DNA from: Utricularia gibba | Taxonomy: Eukaryota; Plantae; Magnoliophyta | Assembly (NCBI GenBank): GCA_002189035.1 | Contig: NEEC01000009.1 | Span: 2,604,001 to 2,668,000 of the forward strand | Direction of reading: 5' to 3' | Length of the DNA: 64,000 bases | Shown here: positions 29,914 to 44,145 of the stretch, one piece after another | Layout of the letters: each line of letters starts with the position of its first letter | Numbering within the stretch: the stretch's first letter is position 1 | The notes under the pieces: generated by a model | What the model saw: the letters and a program-made list of their open reading frames with translations, nothing else | What the model was told of the DNA's origin: nothing | Databases searched by the model: none | Program-made: the position numbers and the translations under genes

Positions 29914-31189
29914 TCATACGATCCTGCTTTGTCACTTAACAATCACATTGGATTAGGGGTCTCAACTCCTATAGGATGGTTTTGTACGTAATAAATTACA
30001 AAATATAATTATTCAAAAACATATATATCTTCTTCAGTAGTATATTTAAAATTGAAATCATACAATTTAAAATAAAATACAATTCATATATTAAAATAAA
30101 TTCACAATAAAAGGAAAATAAAAAAAATTGGAACATGAAGGAGCATATTCAGTAAAATGATTGTGGACAAAGTGCCATGAAAATTAAAGAGCACTCATAA
30201 GAACGGTTTATTATGTCTAGGCATGAACAAGACCCTTCACTCCACTTAATGCTACCCAACAAAAAGGCATTTACTTTCTGAACAACAACGGATATAGCCC
30301 ATTTTTATTTTCTTTTTTTTAAAAAATAATTTACCATTTTTGATGCATTTTATTTTTCGTTTATATAAAATAATATGGGATGGTATATAAAAAATTGGTT
30401 ATTTTAAAGATAATTGTAAATGATGTGCCAATTGTGGATTTAAGAAAATACAAATGGAATAATAAATAATAATTGTTCTAAAGATATGATGTCATTTTTT
30501 TGGAATAAATTATAATTTAAATGGGAATTGGTTCTGTTTTTTTTGGATTTATTTTATTATTATGTTTTTTTCCTCCGTCTTCTTGTCTCTGCGAACAAGT
30601 TGAAGCCCTCCCCGTCTCTCACTTCAGTCTTACCTGTCACTTGATATTTACCTTTTCTGGTTTTTTTGGGGAAGGGAAAAAGAAAATAATAGAGCCGTGG
30701 GAGGAATGTAAGGTGGTTTTCGATTCATATAGCCTGTAGAGTTACCTCACCTATTTGACGTTTACTGGGTTCCTCTTGTTTCTTCTCTTAGTTCTGGGTG
30801 TCCTTTTAGCTGCTCCTGCTGATGCTCGGAAAATTGGGGCTAAACCCTAGCTTCCCTGTTGTTGATTTCTTTGTCTGGGTAAACTTGATAACTGAACAAG
30901 AATGCTCCTCTAGCTGAGATTTTGAGAGAAATGCCCCTGATTTGGCTGAAGAAGGTGACTTTCTTGCTACCCCCGATGTTCTTTTTTTGTTCTTTTTGGG
31001 GCTGATTGAAGTTGTAGACTTCAATTTGTTGATGTGGGTGGTCTTGCATTTCTTGGGGGGTTTTGATTTTTCTTTTCTTTTCGAGCTTTTTGATTTGATG
31101 TAAAGTTTTGGTTTTTATGGCGTACGCTTCATTTTGAGAGATGATATGATGTTTTTATTGGGTGGGTGCAGGAGAGATAGAAGGAAGAA

Positions 31190-34100
31190 ATGGAGGGCGA
31201 GTATGGGCTGATTCTGGAATGTATCGTTTCCGGAGCCCTTTTTTGTGTTTTTGGGGCAGCATCTTTTGCTATACTTTGGTTGGTGAATTGGCGGCCTTGG
31301 CGGATTTATAGGTGACCAATTTCCCCTTCCACTTTTTCATGCTTCCTTTAGTCGTGATATTCTGATGGAATGAAGTGGCGGGATGCTTGTCTTCTACTCG
31401 TAATATTTTGGCAATTCTCGATGAGTATACAGAATTTGCTTTACTACTTTTACGTATTGAGAAACGCTTTCACAGAAGCTGTTCATAGATATTTTCACTA
31501 TGGTTTTTTGTTGACGTAAGAAATACTCATCTTTGATCAAGTTAATGCTCCTGATCTCCGATTCCATTAGCTGAGATACAGTGATTGAGTCCTTATTTTA
31601 ACTCAGAAACGCATTTTTTTAATAAGAAAGCAAAAATGTTTACTGTTATATGGGATTTCAAAAGTGTAAAGACCACCGAATTTCTTGTGGCGTGTTTTCT
31701 TGAATTAAGAATCAAGACTAGAATGTATCATGAAAAACGTAATTAGCTTTGGGCTGGACTTAGGGATTTAGGAGTAGAATCATTGGAAGATTGACAGCGC
31801 TGTTTATCTGCACCTTGTCCTCTGGGTACTCGGTTTTGTGGTTTCTTGGTGGCTCCAGTGATGCAGTATGAATGACATCTTATTATGGAGAATGATACTT
31901 ACTGTGGAACTATCTTGCTACTAAGTAGAAGCATTTTCCCTCTAATGTCTCTATGCAACTTGTGATGAACTTACATATTATGCTGTTTTCATTGTTCTTT
32001 CAGTTGGATTTTCGCTAGAAAATGGCCGGCAGTTTTGCAAGGTCCCAGCTTGGATTAGTGTGCGGCCTTCTCTCTGGATCGGCATGGCTGATTGTTGTTT
32101 CACCTATTGCTGTCGTTATTGCATGGGGATCTTGGCTAATGGTGATTTTAGGGAGGGATATAGTTGGGCTAGCTGTTATAATGGCTGGAGTGGCTTTTCT
32201 TCTTGCATTCTATTCAGTTATGCTGTGGTGGAGAACGCAATGGCAAAGTTCAAGTATGTTCATTTTCTTCCTCTGAAACTTGACTATGATATGAGCAACT
32301 GCATTGAGTTACTTGATGTTAGAAGTTCCTGCTTTCTTTTAAAGAACTCCTGAGTAGTGGATTTGCAATAATTGCTATCTGAGAACACGCTTCACATGTT
32401 ATCCATGTACCCAAATAATGAGTGAAAAAGCACCACTTAATTTGATATTATTACAGTCTGAATACACGATTAAGAAAATTCTAAAGAGAAATGATCATGC
32501 GTGTAGTGCTTTGTTGCAAGATATCATAAATTATTCTTGTCATATGTAATTTATCTTATAGGGCCTCTTATTCTTGATTGCATCATTGATCAGTTTGTCT
32601 AATTCTTTTGGAAACCTTGTAACAGGGGCTGTTGCTGTTCTCATTCTCCTAGCTGTTGGGTTGCTCTGTGCATATGAGCTTTGTGCTGTGTATGTTACTG
32701 CGGGTGGGAAGGCATCGGAGCAGTATTCACCTTCTGGCTTTTTCTTTGGTGTGTCAGTTATTGCACTTGCAATAAATATGCTCTTCATCTGTAGGATGGT
32801 TTTTAATGGTATGTGGTGTCTCAAATTGTTTTTCAAATTGAAATTCCGGATTCTCATTCATTAACCTTTTTTTTATCAATTGGAAGGAAATGGCCTTGAC
32901 ATTGATGAATATGTGCGAAGAGCATATAAATTTGCTTACTCTGATTGTATTGAAGTGGGCCCCATTGCTTCGGTGCCCGAACCACCTGAGCCCAATGAGT
33001 TATATTCTAAGCAATCTCGAAGGTATGCCTTATTTCATTTGTGTAGACATGGTTACTTCGCCTATGCTATGGTACATCTTCCTCTTCTTTTTTTTTATCA
33101 GTACTGCTGTACTTCCCTCAAGAGTTGTTTGTGTGAATAATGCCTGCAGGGCTTTACACCTTGGGTTTCTGTACTCTGGTTCACTTGCTGTTCTTCTGGC
33201 GTATTCAGTTTTGTATGGACTTACAGCCAAAGAATCTCACTGGCTTGGTGCAATTACATCTGCCGCAGTGATAATTCTTGGTAGATGACTAAATAACTGG
33301 CTTTGTATCTTCTTGTGTATGTTTACTTATGTAATCCCAAATTTCCTTGCCTTGCAGACTGGAATGTGGGGGCATGCCTTTACGGGTTTAAGCTTCTAAA
33401 AAGTCGTGTTGCTGCACTTTTTGTTGCTGGAATCTCTCGTATCTTCCTGATATGTTTTGGTGTCCATTACTGGTTTGCCTCCTCTCATTTCGTAGTGAAT
33501 AATTTTTCTGAAAATTTACTTCTCTTGACGCACTCTGGTAATGTCTCTTGCAATGTGCATGTACAGGTATCTTGGACATTGCATAAGCTATGCTACTGTA
33601 GCATCTGTGCTGCTTGCTGCAGCAGTTGCCCGTCATTTATCTGTCATTAACCCATCAGCTGCAAGAAGAGATGCTTTGCAGAGTACTGTTATACGGCTTA
33701 GGGAAGGATTTCGTAAGAAGTACCAAACTTCTTCTTCAAGCTCTTCAGAAGGATGTGGATCTAGTGTGAAGCGAAGTAGCAGTGCAGATGCTGGCCATCT
33801 TGGCCATGATACTAACTGGAATAATGTCGAGGGGATTCATTGTGAGAAGGGAGTGGATAGTGGAAGGCCGAGTTTCACTTTGAATAGCAGTTCCTGCCAA
33901 TCTGTCATTCAAGAATCTGAAGTTGGTCCCTCATATGCTGATAAAAGTTTTGAGAATAATAGTCCTTTGGTAGCTTGCTCTAGTAGTGGCATGGAAAGCC
34001 AATGCTGTGACTCTGGTGCCTCTAATTCAATAAGTCAGCCACTGGAATTGAATTTGGCACTCGCATTTCAGGACAAAATAAACAATCCCAGGATTACTTC

Positions 34101-37100
34101 CATCTTAAAGAAAAGAGGAAAACAGGGAGAGCTTGAGTTAGCGACTTTGCTTCAGGATAAGGGCCTTGATCCCAATTTTGCTGTTATGCTTAAAGACAAT
34201 GGATTAGATCCTATGATCCTTGCATTACTACAACGAAGCAGCATGGATGCTGATAGGGATAACCCGGAAGATAATAATGTTACTGTTGCAGATTCAAACA
34301 GTATGGACAATGTTTCACCTAATCAAATATCATTCTCCGAGGAACTGCGGATGCATGGTTGGGGGAAATGGCTTCAGATGCTTAGGTTAATCCTGCACCA
34401 TATAGTTGGGACTCCAGAACGTGCATGGCTTCTCTTCAGTTTTATATTCAGCTTGGAGACAACAACTGTTGCCATTATTCGCCCAGCTCCCATTAAGTTA
34501 ATTAATGCAATGCATCAACAGGTATATTGACTATATAGATGATTCAATTCTTAGTGTCCTGTTTTGCTACTAAAGAGCAAGTGCCCTGCATTTTCTTCTT
34601 CTATCCTGACTTGAGACTCAATCCTTAAACTGCAGTTTGAAATTGGAATAGCTGTATTGCTTCTCTCGCCTGTTGTATGGTCAATCATGGCTTTTCTTAG
34701 GTCTCTTCAGTCGGAAGAGTTGTCAATGACATCAAAACCTCGAAAGGTAGTTATTTATATTGCGAAGAATAATTTAAAACCGTACATTTCATTTCACTTT
34801 CCAGAACTTGTAGCTGTACATTTATGTTTATCTATTTTTCTAACTTAATGATGCACCAAATCAGGTCATTCAAAATTTCTGTAGCTTTTTAATCATGTCT
34901 TGATCCTTGCAAACTTGTTCTTGTGGGAATGCTCTCTGTTTTTTCATGCTAACTTCAAGAAATTTAATGTTAACTTATTTTAAATAATCTTTTCTATTTT
35001 TTCTTGAGCTTGGGGATTTCGTTTTTTTTTCTGGACTTCCTGGCCTTCTATCATCATGTGGCTTGTGGGAAGAGTATTTCTGCTGAATATCTTGAACATG
35101 TTATGTATTTTTTTTTGCCATTGAATTTTAAACAATTAATCCATGTAAAATTTGGTGCAGTATGGATTTGTTTCTTGGATTGTAAGCACATTGGTGGGAT
35201 TGCTACTTTCCTTCTTAAGGTAAAATAACTGTAGTAATATGCCCATAGCTTGACTATCTTTCCTTCTATATTCAGTTAGTTGAATCGTAATCTATATTAA
35301 AAACTCATTCCTGACTTTTAATGGCTCTACAGCAAATCTTCCATCCTTCTTGGATTATCTCTGACGGTACCTCTGATGGTATCATGCCTGTCTGTTGGGG
35401 CTCCTATATGGATGCGCAATGGATACAGGTTTTGGATCTCCAGCAATAACAATGCGAGTGATCCTGGAAGTCATGGTTCTTGGAAGAAAAAGGAGGTGCA
35501 AACCTTTCCTACTAATCAATATTACATATTGATTGAGGATTCCATGCTTTCTCAGATTTGCTTTGAGCTTGGCTGTTCCTGCACGTCATAAAGTAGAATT
35601 TAGACTCATGCATGAACCTATAGTGCGGCAGTATTTGTATACTTTTTGGTATTGCCGCCTGTATTGATTAGGAAAAATTCTTGAAGTCTCCAGGTGTTTG
35701 TCTAACGTATCCTAACACCCATTAGTATTTCTTTTTTTTTTTTGCAGAAGTCATTCATGCTTTAATCTGTTTTCACTTATTTTATGAACTGTTCATGACT
35801 TTCTCTTGGTCACACTTGGTTTTTTGCAGATTGTTATTCTTCCCATATGTATAGCCTTATTTGCTGTGTCTCTACTGGCTCTTGGTGTGATAATATCTCT
35901 GAACCCGTTGGATGATTTGAGCTACAAGGGATGGACGGCTGATCAGAAAAGTGTTTTGTCTCCGTATGCATCATCAGTTTATATCGGTTGGGCCGTGGCT
36001 TCTGCAATCGCGTTATGTGTGACTGGTGTTCTTCCAGTTGTGTCATGGTTTGCTACTTATAGGTTCTCCATCTCCTCTGCTTTGTGCTTGGGGCTATTTG
36101 CAGGTAAAGTGTTTTGCATTGTGTGTGTTCTCCAGATGCCTTCTTTTGGGAATCAGTGTTGTCACTTGTTCAAATGGCTTGATATGCGATTCTATGGCTT
36201 TTCTGTAATTTTGTGTGTGTGTGTGCAGGAATTCTTGTGTCATTTTGTGGTGCATCATATGTGAAGATTGTGAGTTCAAGGAGTGAGCAAATTCCAACAA
36301 AGGCTGATTTTCTTGTTGCATTGCTTCCATTAATTTGCATACCTGCAATATTGTCACTATCCTCAGGTTTGCTTAAATGGTATGTATGATGCATATTCTG
36401 ATTCTTGATCTTGTTTTTTCTTTTCTTAACCGTAAATAGCATGTTTCAAGAATTCATATGCTCGTGGTTGCAGGAAGGATGATAACTGGAAACTTTCTCG
36501 AGGTGCTTACCTATTTATTAGCATTGGTCTAGCTCTTCTGCTAGGTGCAATCTCAGCAATTACATTTACAATCAAGCCTTGGACAGTAAGTCTGGATTCA
36601 AATGATTTACTTTAAAATCCATGCTGTTTTGTCTGCTCTAATATAATTATTTTTTCTGTTATAGATTGGTGCAGCATTTCTGTTGGTTCTTCTTCTTCTG
36701 ATTCTTGCCATTGGTGCAATTCACTTCTGGGCATCAAACAATTTTTACCTGACAAGGTTTCAGATGTTATTTGTTTGCTTCCTTGCATTTTTGTTGGCGT
36801 TGGCAGCATTCATTGTTGGGTGGCTTCAAGGTAAACTACATATTTCCAAATACTTGCATCAAATATTTTACCTGTTCACAGATTGCCTTGTTTATCCCTA
36901 AAAAAGAACTTGTCTCCCCATGTTTAGCATATTGTTTTGGATTTCGCAGATAGAGCTTTCGCTGGAGCATCAGTTGGTTACTTTTCATTTCTTTTCCTGT
37001 TGGCTGGCCGTGCACTGACTGTAAGTGGAAGACAATCCCTAATTCATTTGGCATTATTTTGTCGGAGATAGCATCTACTTTCAAACCTCCAGATGAATCT

Positions 37101-40100
37101 TTTAAAACAGCCAGTGGACTTTGCAGGTGCTTCTTTCTCCTCCTGTCGTGGTTTACTCACCAAGGGTGTTGCCAGTTTATGTATATGATGCTCATGCTGA
37201 TTGTGGGAAAAATGTCAGGTATGCTAATGTGCTTTCTTGTTCATCATATTCTTTGTTGGTTTCAGTGACTTGTCTGTTTTCTAGCGAATAAAATTAATAG
37301 TTCAATGCATCTGAGACCTTTACTCTTCTCTTCAGTGCGGCATTTCTTGTACTCTTCGGCATTGCACTGGCAACTGAAGGATGGGGTGTTGTTGCTAGTT
37401 TGAAGATTCACCCACCTTTTGTGGGTGCTGCTGTTTCAGCGGTTACACTCGTTGTGTCGTTTGGATTTGCCGTGTCACGTTCATGCTTAACACTTGAGGT
37501 TTTCTCACTTGGCAGATTCTTGTTTTTTAATTTGTAGTTTATTTTGTTTCTAATGAGAGCATTCGTCACCTTGGCATATGGATCCACTATTGTAATGATA
37601 ATGTTTTGATGTTTTCTTTTGGTGTTGTTTATCATAGATGGTGGAGGGTGCTGTGCAATTCCTCAGTAAGGAAACTATTATACAAGCAATTGCTAGATCA
37701 GCAACAAAGGTGGATTTTTCATTTGCTTTTCATCCTACTTGTGTGTTTTAGCTACTGAAAAAGTGAATAGAATAATGAACTCGTTTCCATTCTTGCAGAC
37801 AAGAAATGCTTTATCTGGGACGTACTCTGCTCCTCAAAGATCCGCCAGTTCTGCTGCACTGCTGGTTGGGGATCCTACTATTGTGCGAGATAAGGGAGGG
37901 AACTTTGTTCTTTCCAGAGCTGATGTTATGAAGTTAAGAGATCGTTTGAGAAATGAAGAATTCGCAGCTGGATCTCTCTTTTCAAGGTGGCTAAGTTGGA
38001 AGATGTTAAGAAGTGAAATTGCAAGTGATGCAGGTCACAGGAGACTTTGTGCCCATGCTCGGATTCTTGCTTTGGAAGAAGCTATTGATACTGAATGGGT
38101 ATATATGTGGGATAGTTTTGGTGGGTACTTGCTTTTATTGCTCGGTTTGACTGCAAAAGCAGAAAAGGTCCAGGTAAAGTTGAATGGCCATCAATGTGCT
38201 CTATGATAGATTTTGTGGACTCTAATCCATGCTATTTTGTAGGATGAGGTCCGGTTGAGGTTGTTTCTAGATAGCATAGGGTTTTCAGATCTTAGCGCGA
38301 AGAAAATTAAGAAATGGCTACCTGAGGATCGGAGACAATTTGAAATCATACAGGAAAGGTTAGAGCTGTGAAGCTTTAATGTCATGACATTGCCTTCTAC
38401 TGCTTCTGTTATTCTGATACTCCTTTTGTGAGTAGTTATATAAGAGAAAAGGAGATGGAAGAGGAAGCTTTCATGCAGCGACGTGAAGAGGAAGGAAGAG
38501 GTAAAGAAAGAAGGAAAGCACTGCTGGAGAAAGAGGAGCGGAAATGGAAAGAGATAGAGGCGTCTTTCATAGCATCCATTCCTAATGCTGGCAGCAGGGA
38601 GGCCGCAGCTATGGCAGCTGCTGTTCGTGCTGTCGGAAGTGATGCTGTGCTGGATGATTCATTTGCACGTGAGAGAGTATCAAGCATTGCTCGTAGAATA
38701 CGTGCTACTCAATTGTCACAACGAGCACAGCAGGTAAGCTGAAAAAAAAAAATCTAAACAGCCTTAGGAGTGATGACTAGAAAAATTTTGACTCTTTAAG
38801 TACGGGGGTCATCCATTTCTTATCTTTCACTGATAGTGCGACCTTATTTACTGTATTGTAGACTGGGGTGTCTGGTGCGGTGTGTATTATTGATGATGAA
38901 CCAACAACAAGTGGAAGGCACTGTGGCGATATAGATTACAGCCTATGCCATAGTCAAAAAGTCACATTCTCGACCACAGTTATGATCCAGCCTGATTCTG
39001 GTCCAGTATGCCTTTTGGGCACTGAATTCCAAAAAAGTGTGTGTTTGGAAATTCTTGTGGCTGGTTCGGAGCAGGGCATTGAAGCTGGCCAAGTAGGTGT
39101 AAGATTGATCATGAAGGGGGAAAATCATACTGTTGTTGCGAAAGACTGGACTGTAGGTGCATCTAGCATTGCAGATGGAAGGTCAGTGATTTTTTCCCTC
39201 GTACTGTTGACGCTCATATGTTTTCTTGATAATATGGCATCCTAACATTTCTTTAATCATGTGCTTTACAGATGGCACATCATCACCATGACTGTAGATG
39301 CTGATGTAGGGGAGGCAACTTGTTTCATTGACGGTGTTTATGATGGCTATCAGATAGTACTTCCTCTTAACATGGGGAATGGCATATGGGAACAAGGTAC
39401 TGAAATCTGGATTGGTGTCCGGCCTCCAATGGATATGGATGCATTTGGAAGGTCTGATAGTGAAGGCAGTGAGCCTAAGATGCACATAATGGATTCTTTC
39501 CTTTGGGGAAGGTGTCTGAGTGAAGATGAGATATCTAGCCTCACAGAAACCATGGGTGCTTCCCATCAAAATTTAATCGAGCATCCTGATGATAATTGGC
39601 AATGGACTGATTCTCCTCCCAGGGTTGGTTATCGAGTTATCTTTCTCTTGATTTACCATAGGGGCTTTCTGCAATCTATTCATTTCTCATTTGTTACGAA
39701 CGCAGGTTGAAGACTGGGAGAGTGACCCTGCAGAGGTTGATTTATACGACAGAGATGAGATAGATTGGGATGGACAGTTTTCAAGTGGGAGGAAGAGGAG
39801 GTCAGACAGGGAAGCAGTCATTGTGGATGTGGATTCCTTCACTAGAAGATTGAGGAGACCAAGAATGGAGACCCAAGAAGAAATCAATCAACGTATGCGT
39901 TCCGTAGAATTGGCAGTTAAGGAGGCTTTGTTAGCTAGGGGAGAGTCACATTTTACTGATCAAGAGTTTCCTCCTGCGGATCGCTCCTTGTTTGTGGATC
40001 CTGAGAACCCTACACCAAAGCTGCAGGTACTATTTCCCAAAATTTGAGCTTTCCTTCTCTTTTTGGAATTCCATTGCCATTATTTTGTTCTTCAACATTT

Positions 40101-41941
40101 GTTATCTCATTTTCGATATAGGTTGTTTCCCATTGGAATAGACCTGCAGAAATAGTGAAAGAAAAGCATCTGGATTGTGGTCCATGCTTGTTTGCTGGAC
40201 CAGCCAATCCTTCTGATGTTTGTCAGGTATGCCATCTTGCTTATATTACTCCATGCATCTCACTCACTTTGACATGCTAATTTGATAGTTACAAATATGC
40301 TATTAAGCTTCTTCATATGTGAACTTTGGGGACACCATCATCAATGAATTAATGTGAAGCATTGATTTTGTATTATTTCACAGGGCCGGCTTGGTGATTG
40401 TTGGTTTTTGAGTGCTGTTGCTGTGCTGACTGAGGCTTCAAGAATATCTGAAGTCATCATAACACCTGATTACAATGATGAAGGAATATATACAGTTCGT
40501 TTTTGCATTCAGGTAGTGATTAACTTCAAACTTAGTCATCACCCCTTGGAGTTAGTCTGCAATGAGCAGGATTTTAGTGATGATTTTTTTTCTTTCTTGA
40601 GATGAATTATGCTGCATCCATTGTGATCCATGCTTTTGCTGATAATGCATGTTTTTTCATCTACCGGGCAGCTTACTGCTTTCATTTGCTGGATTATGTA
40701 TGAAGCATCATACATTTGCCTTTTTTTCCTGGTTTCAGGGAGAATGGGTTCCAGTTGTTGTTGATGACTGGATCCCATGTGAATCACCCGGGAGACCTGC
40801 ATTTGCAACCAGCAAAAAGGGGAACGAGCTATGGGTGTCTATCTTGGAGAAGGCATATGCTAAGCTTCATGGATCATATGAAGCATTGGAAGGTGGGCTG
40901 GTGCAGGATGCTCTTGTTGATCTAACAGGAGGCGCAGGTGAGGAGATCGACATGAGAAGCACCCAATCCCAAATCGATCTTGCCAGTGGTCGGCTTTGGT
41001 CTCAACTTCTGCGGTTCAAACAAGAAGGGTTTTTACTTGGAGCTGGCAGCCCTTCCGGTTCCGATGCACATGTCTCGTCTTGCGGCATTGTCCAAGGGCA
41101 TGCATACTCAATATTGCAGGTTCGTGAAGTAGATGGCCATAAGCTTGTTCAGATCAGAAATCCATGGGCAAGTGAGGTTGAGTGGAATGGCTCATGGTCC
41201 GATTCGTCGCCCGAATGGACAGACAGGATGAAACACAAGCTCAAGCATGTTCCCATGGTAAGCTCATCTTCTACTCCCTGTCATCACCTTTTCCAAAATC
41301 CGATTCTGATGACTCTGTCTGGAACAGGCGAAGGATGGCATATTCTGGATGTCATGGCAAGATTTCCAAATACACTTCAGATCGATATACATATGTCGCG
41401 TTTATCCGCCCGAAATGCGATACTCCATCCACAGTCAGTGGCATGGTTACAGTGCTGGAGGCTGCCAAGACTACGAAACATGGAATCAGAATCCACAGTT
41501 CAGATTGAGAGCCAATGGCTCGGATGCATCATTGCCTATTCATGTTTTTATCACTCTGACTCAGGTATGGCAAGTACACCATGAAGGTTTCTGTTCCATT
41601 GAACCTCAAAACCAATGCATCTGCTTTGTTTCCAGGGGGTGAGCTTCTCAAGAACAGCTCCAGGCTTCCGAAACTATCAGTCAAGTCATGACTCCTTGAT
41701 GTTCTACATCGGCATGAGGATTCTTAAGACAAGAGGTCGTCGTGCTGGATACAACATTTACATGCATGAATCAGTCGGAGGAACTGATTATGTAAATTCT
41801 CGGGAAATATCATGTGAGATGGTCCTTGACCCTGAACCCAAAGGCTACACAATAGTTCCAACCACGATACATCCTGGTGAAGAGGCCCCTTTTGTGCTGT
41901 CAGTATTCACCAAGTCCTCGGTAACTCTCGAGCCATTGTAG
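31190..41941 (+). CDS. DEK1: DEFECTIVE KERNEL 1 phytocalpain (multi-TM, linker, CysPc, C2L), with an apparent frameshift at 32044-32046
   Basis: N-terminus MEGEYGLILECIVSG...VNWRPWRIYSWIFARKW and many TM exons. Catalytic triad QGRLGDCWFLS (Cys), GHAYS (His), IRNPW (Asn). C2L domain ends SSVTLEPL*. The exon chain was checked by eye and only one frame break was found. Confidence 0.96.
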
Positions 41942-42676
41942 CACCCCTGGAATGAGAATCCATGTATAGCTTGACCACTTATGTACTCGCCTTCCCCTCG
42001 AACGCAAAGAAGCTTCAACATCGTGCTCAGATCCCATAAATGCATCCACTGGTATAACTTTCTTTCTTTCTCTGTATTATTTGTTTATCATTGTCATCAA
42101 GTTGATTCTTTTTCTGATCTCCTCGCTCGTTTTGAACATCAGATCAGCTATGGCACACAGTTGGATTTTTTCCATAGTTCATCTACAACAGCGAATGAGC
42201 ATTGATGCAGAGAGCCGCTGCTGAGGGGGGCCTTTCCTGGGGTGTGCGCAAACTGGGAAATGGGAGAGTTTGTGTATGGTAGGCAGAAGGGAGACTGCAC
42301 TGTAAATGGGGGAGCAGCAGAAGGTGGGTTATTTTTGAAGGGCGTCATTGATAGATCGGTTCAGATCAGATGGGATCAGGTATACTTTTACTTGGAACAG
42401 TTCAGAATAGCAATGTAACATGTTGCAGCGGCATATTTGAAGCTTCTGCTCCAATTTTTGACAAAACCTACTTGTCCCTTGTTCAATTATATAAAGCTAT
42501 CATTTTTCTTCCACTCCACAGCAGTTGGATATCATTTAACCAAGAATCATCTCTATCAACTGAAATGCCATTAGTTTACCATGACTGTTAATTTTATTTG
42601 AATCAACAAAGGAGTTTTCGCACAAGACATGTACTCACAAGTTCATATGTGTAGGAAAAGTAAAAACATCAGGTGG

Positions 42677-43820
42677 TCAAATGAAAGGGCCACCAGATCT
42701 AAGTACCCTCTCTATATTGTCAGCCTTGGTATAGTCCTTTTCAGTCAAAGGGCCAACCGAAAAAGGTGTGATTTCTACAATCAGGTGAGGTGTTGGCAGC
42801 TCATCGAACATGGCACCCACGTTGTGGCAACATACGCTTTCCCATGAGCGTTTTCCCTTCTTATTTGACACCCCTGAAAGGATAGGAGTAACAGGGTAAC
42901 AATAACAAATACCGAGCTTCAGATAAGGAGACTGGTTGAAGGAAATGATGAACATCTGATTAGGATTACTTTGTGCGAGGTAGCATCTCTAAACTGATCA
43001 TCATCTGATAACAAGGATGCAAGAGCTTTGAGGAGATACTGCCCCTAGGACTTGGATGGCACTCTATAATTGCGTTAGAGGGTGCCTATTGTTTTAGGAT
43101 TCCATTAACTCACTAGTTTCCTTCTGTCAGCTGCCTCTTTTTCTGGATCAATACTGATATCAGGTTAGTTTAACGCTACATGTTTCCACCAACAGTGTGA
43201 TTACACTACACCATACGTGGATTGAACCAAAAAGCAAGTTAACCCTTGGGAGCCCCAGGGACAGTAGAACACAAAGATGTATCCATTTTTTATGTGAAAA
43301 ATTCGCATGAAGTGCAATAAAAGCCAGAAACTCGCACCAATTCTACAGCTACACCATTTGTAGTTTGAGCTCCATGTCACCAAAGTACAGGAGTATCCAC
43401 ATTTAATGGGTTCCCATTTGCATAAAATGTCAAAAGAACGGTATATAGTGCTATATCTACAGATCACAGAAATGAGGCATTCAGAACATCTCCCTAATGC
43501 TCATGGGAAAAAGTTACAGTAAAATGCAGTATGACTTGTAAAAAAACATCAAAACACTGCTGCTGCAGTAAGCAAGAAATAACAAATGCAATCATCTTCT
43601 GTAAGCAGTGCAAGCAACAAACCTGGTTTGCTGATCTAGAGAATCCCAAGTCATCAACTCCAGTTTCCATCTCTACCATCAAACCAAAAGAAGCATCGCT
43701 TAAACAGTAAAGCAAAAACAACCTATTTTTGAGTACCTGAAATAAGTGGACTAAGCGGCCAGCCCATACACTAGGAGCCTTAATCAAAGAGGCAATGGGG
43801 GATCGCCCATCTTGCAGCAT
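42677..43820 (-). pseudogene. Pseudogene of a conserved uncharacterised plant protein (C-terminus ...ESVCCHNVGAMFDELPTPHLIVEITPF...)
   Basis: One frame reads IDPEKEAADRRKLVS*WNPKTIGTL*RNYRVPSKS*GQYLLKALASLLSDDDQFRDATSHK, then intron, then GCQIRRENAHG(frameshift)ESVCCHNVGAMFDELPTPHL...ERVLRSGGPFI*. Stops at 43105-43107, 43075-43077 and 43045-43047. The 5' boundary is uncertain. Confidence 0.75.
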
Positions 43821-44145
43821 TCGTGCAGAAAAGATTGAGCCTTGATTTCCTACCCGGGTAAAATCAGAAATCAGAAAAGTTTTGTGGATTGTTTATTGTT
43901 CCAGTTCGTTGAACCAACGGTGGCTCGATTCTCGTCAAAGAAGGAACGGAGAGAAGATATTCATGGAGGATTAAGGTTTCTTCGTTGTTGATGTCTCAAT
44001 CTTTACCCTCTTTCAAAAAACACATCAGTTATTACAGAGGGAGTACATCACATACACGTCTGGATAAATCCGAAATGAAATAAAAAAGAAGAAAAGAAAG
44101 GCACTCGGATGATGGACTTCAATACAAGGACGAGAAGCAACGACG

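Noticed and set aside
29820-29915. Interstitial telomere array
   Set aside because: Only scattered TTTAGGG-like units, not a tandem array; consistent with promoter telo-boxes.
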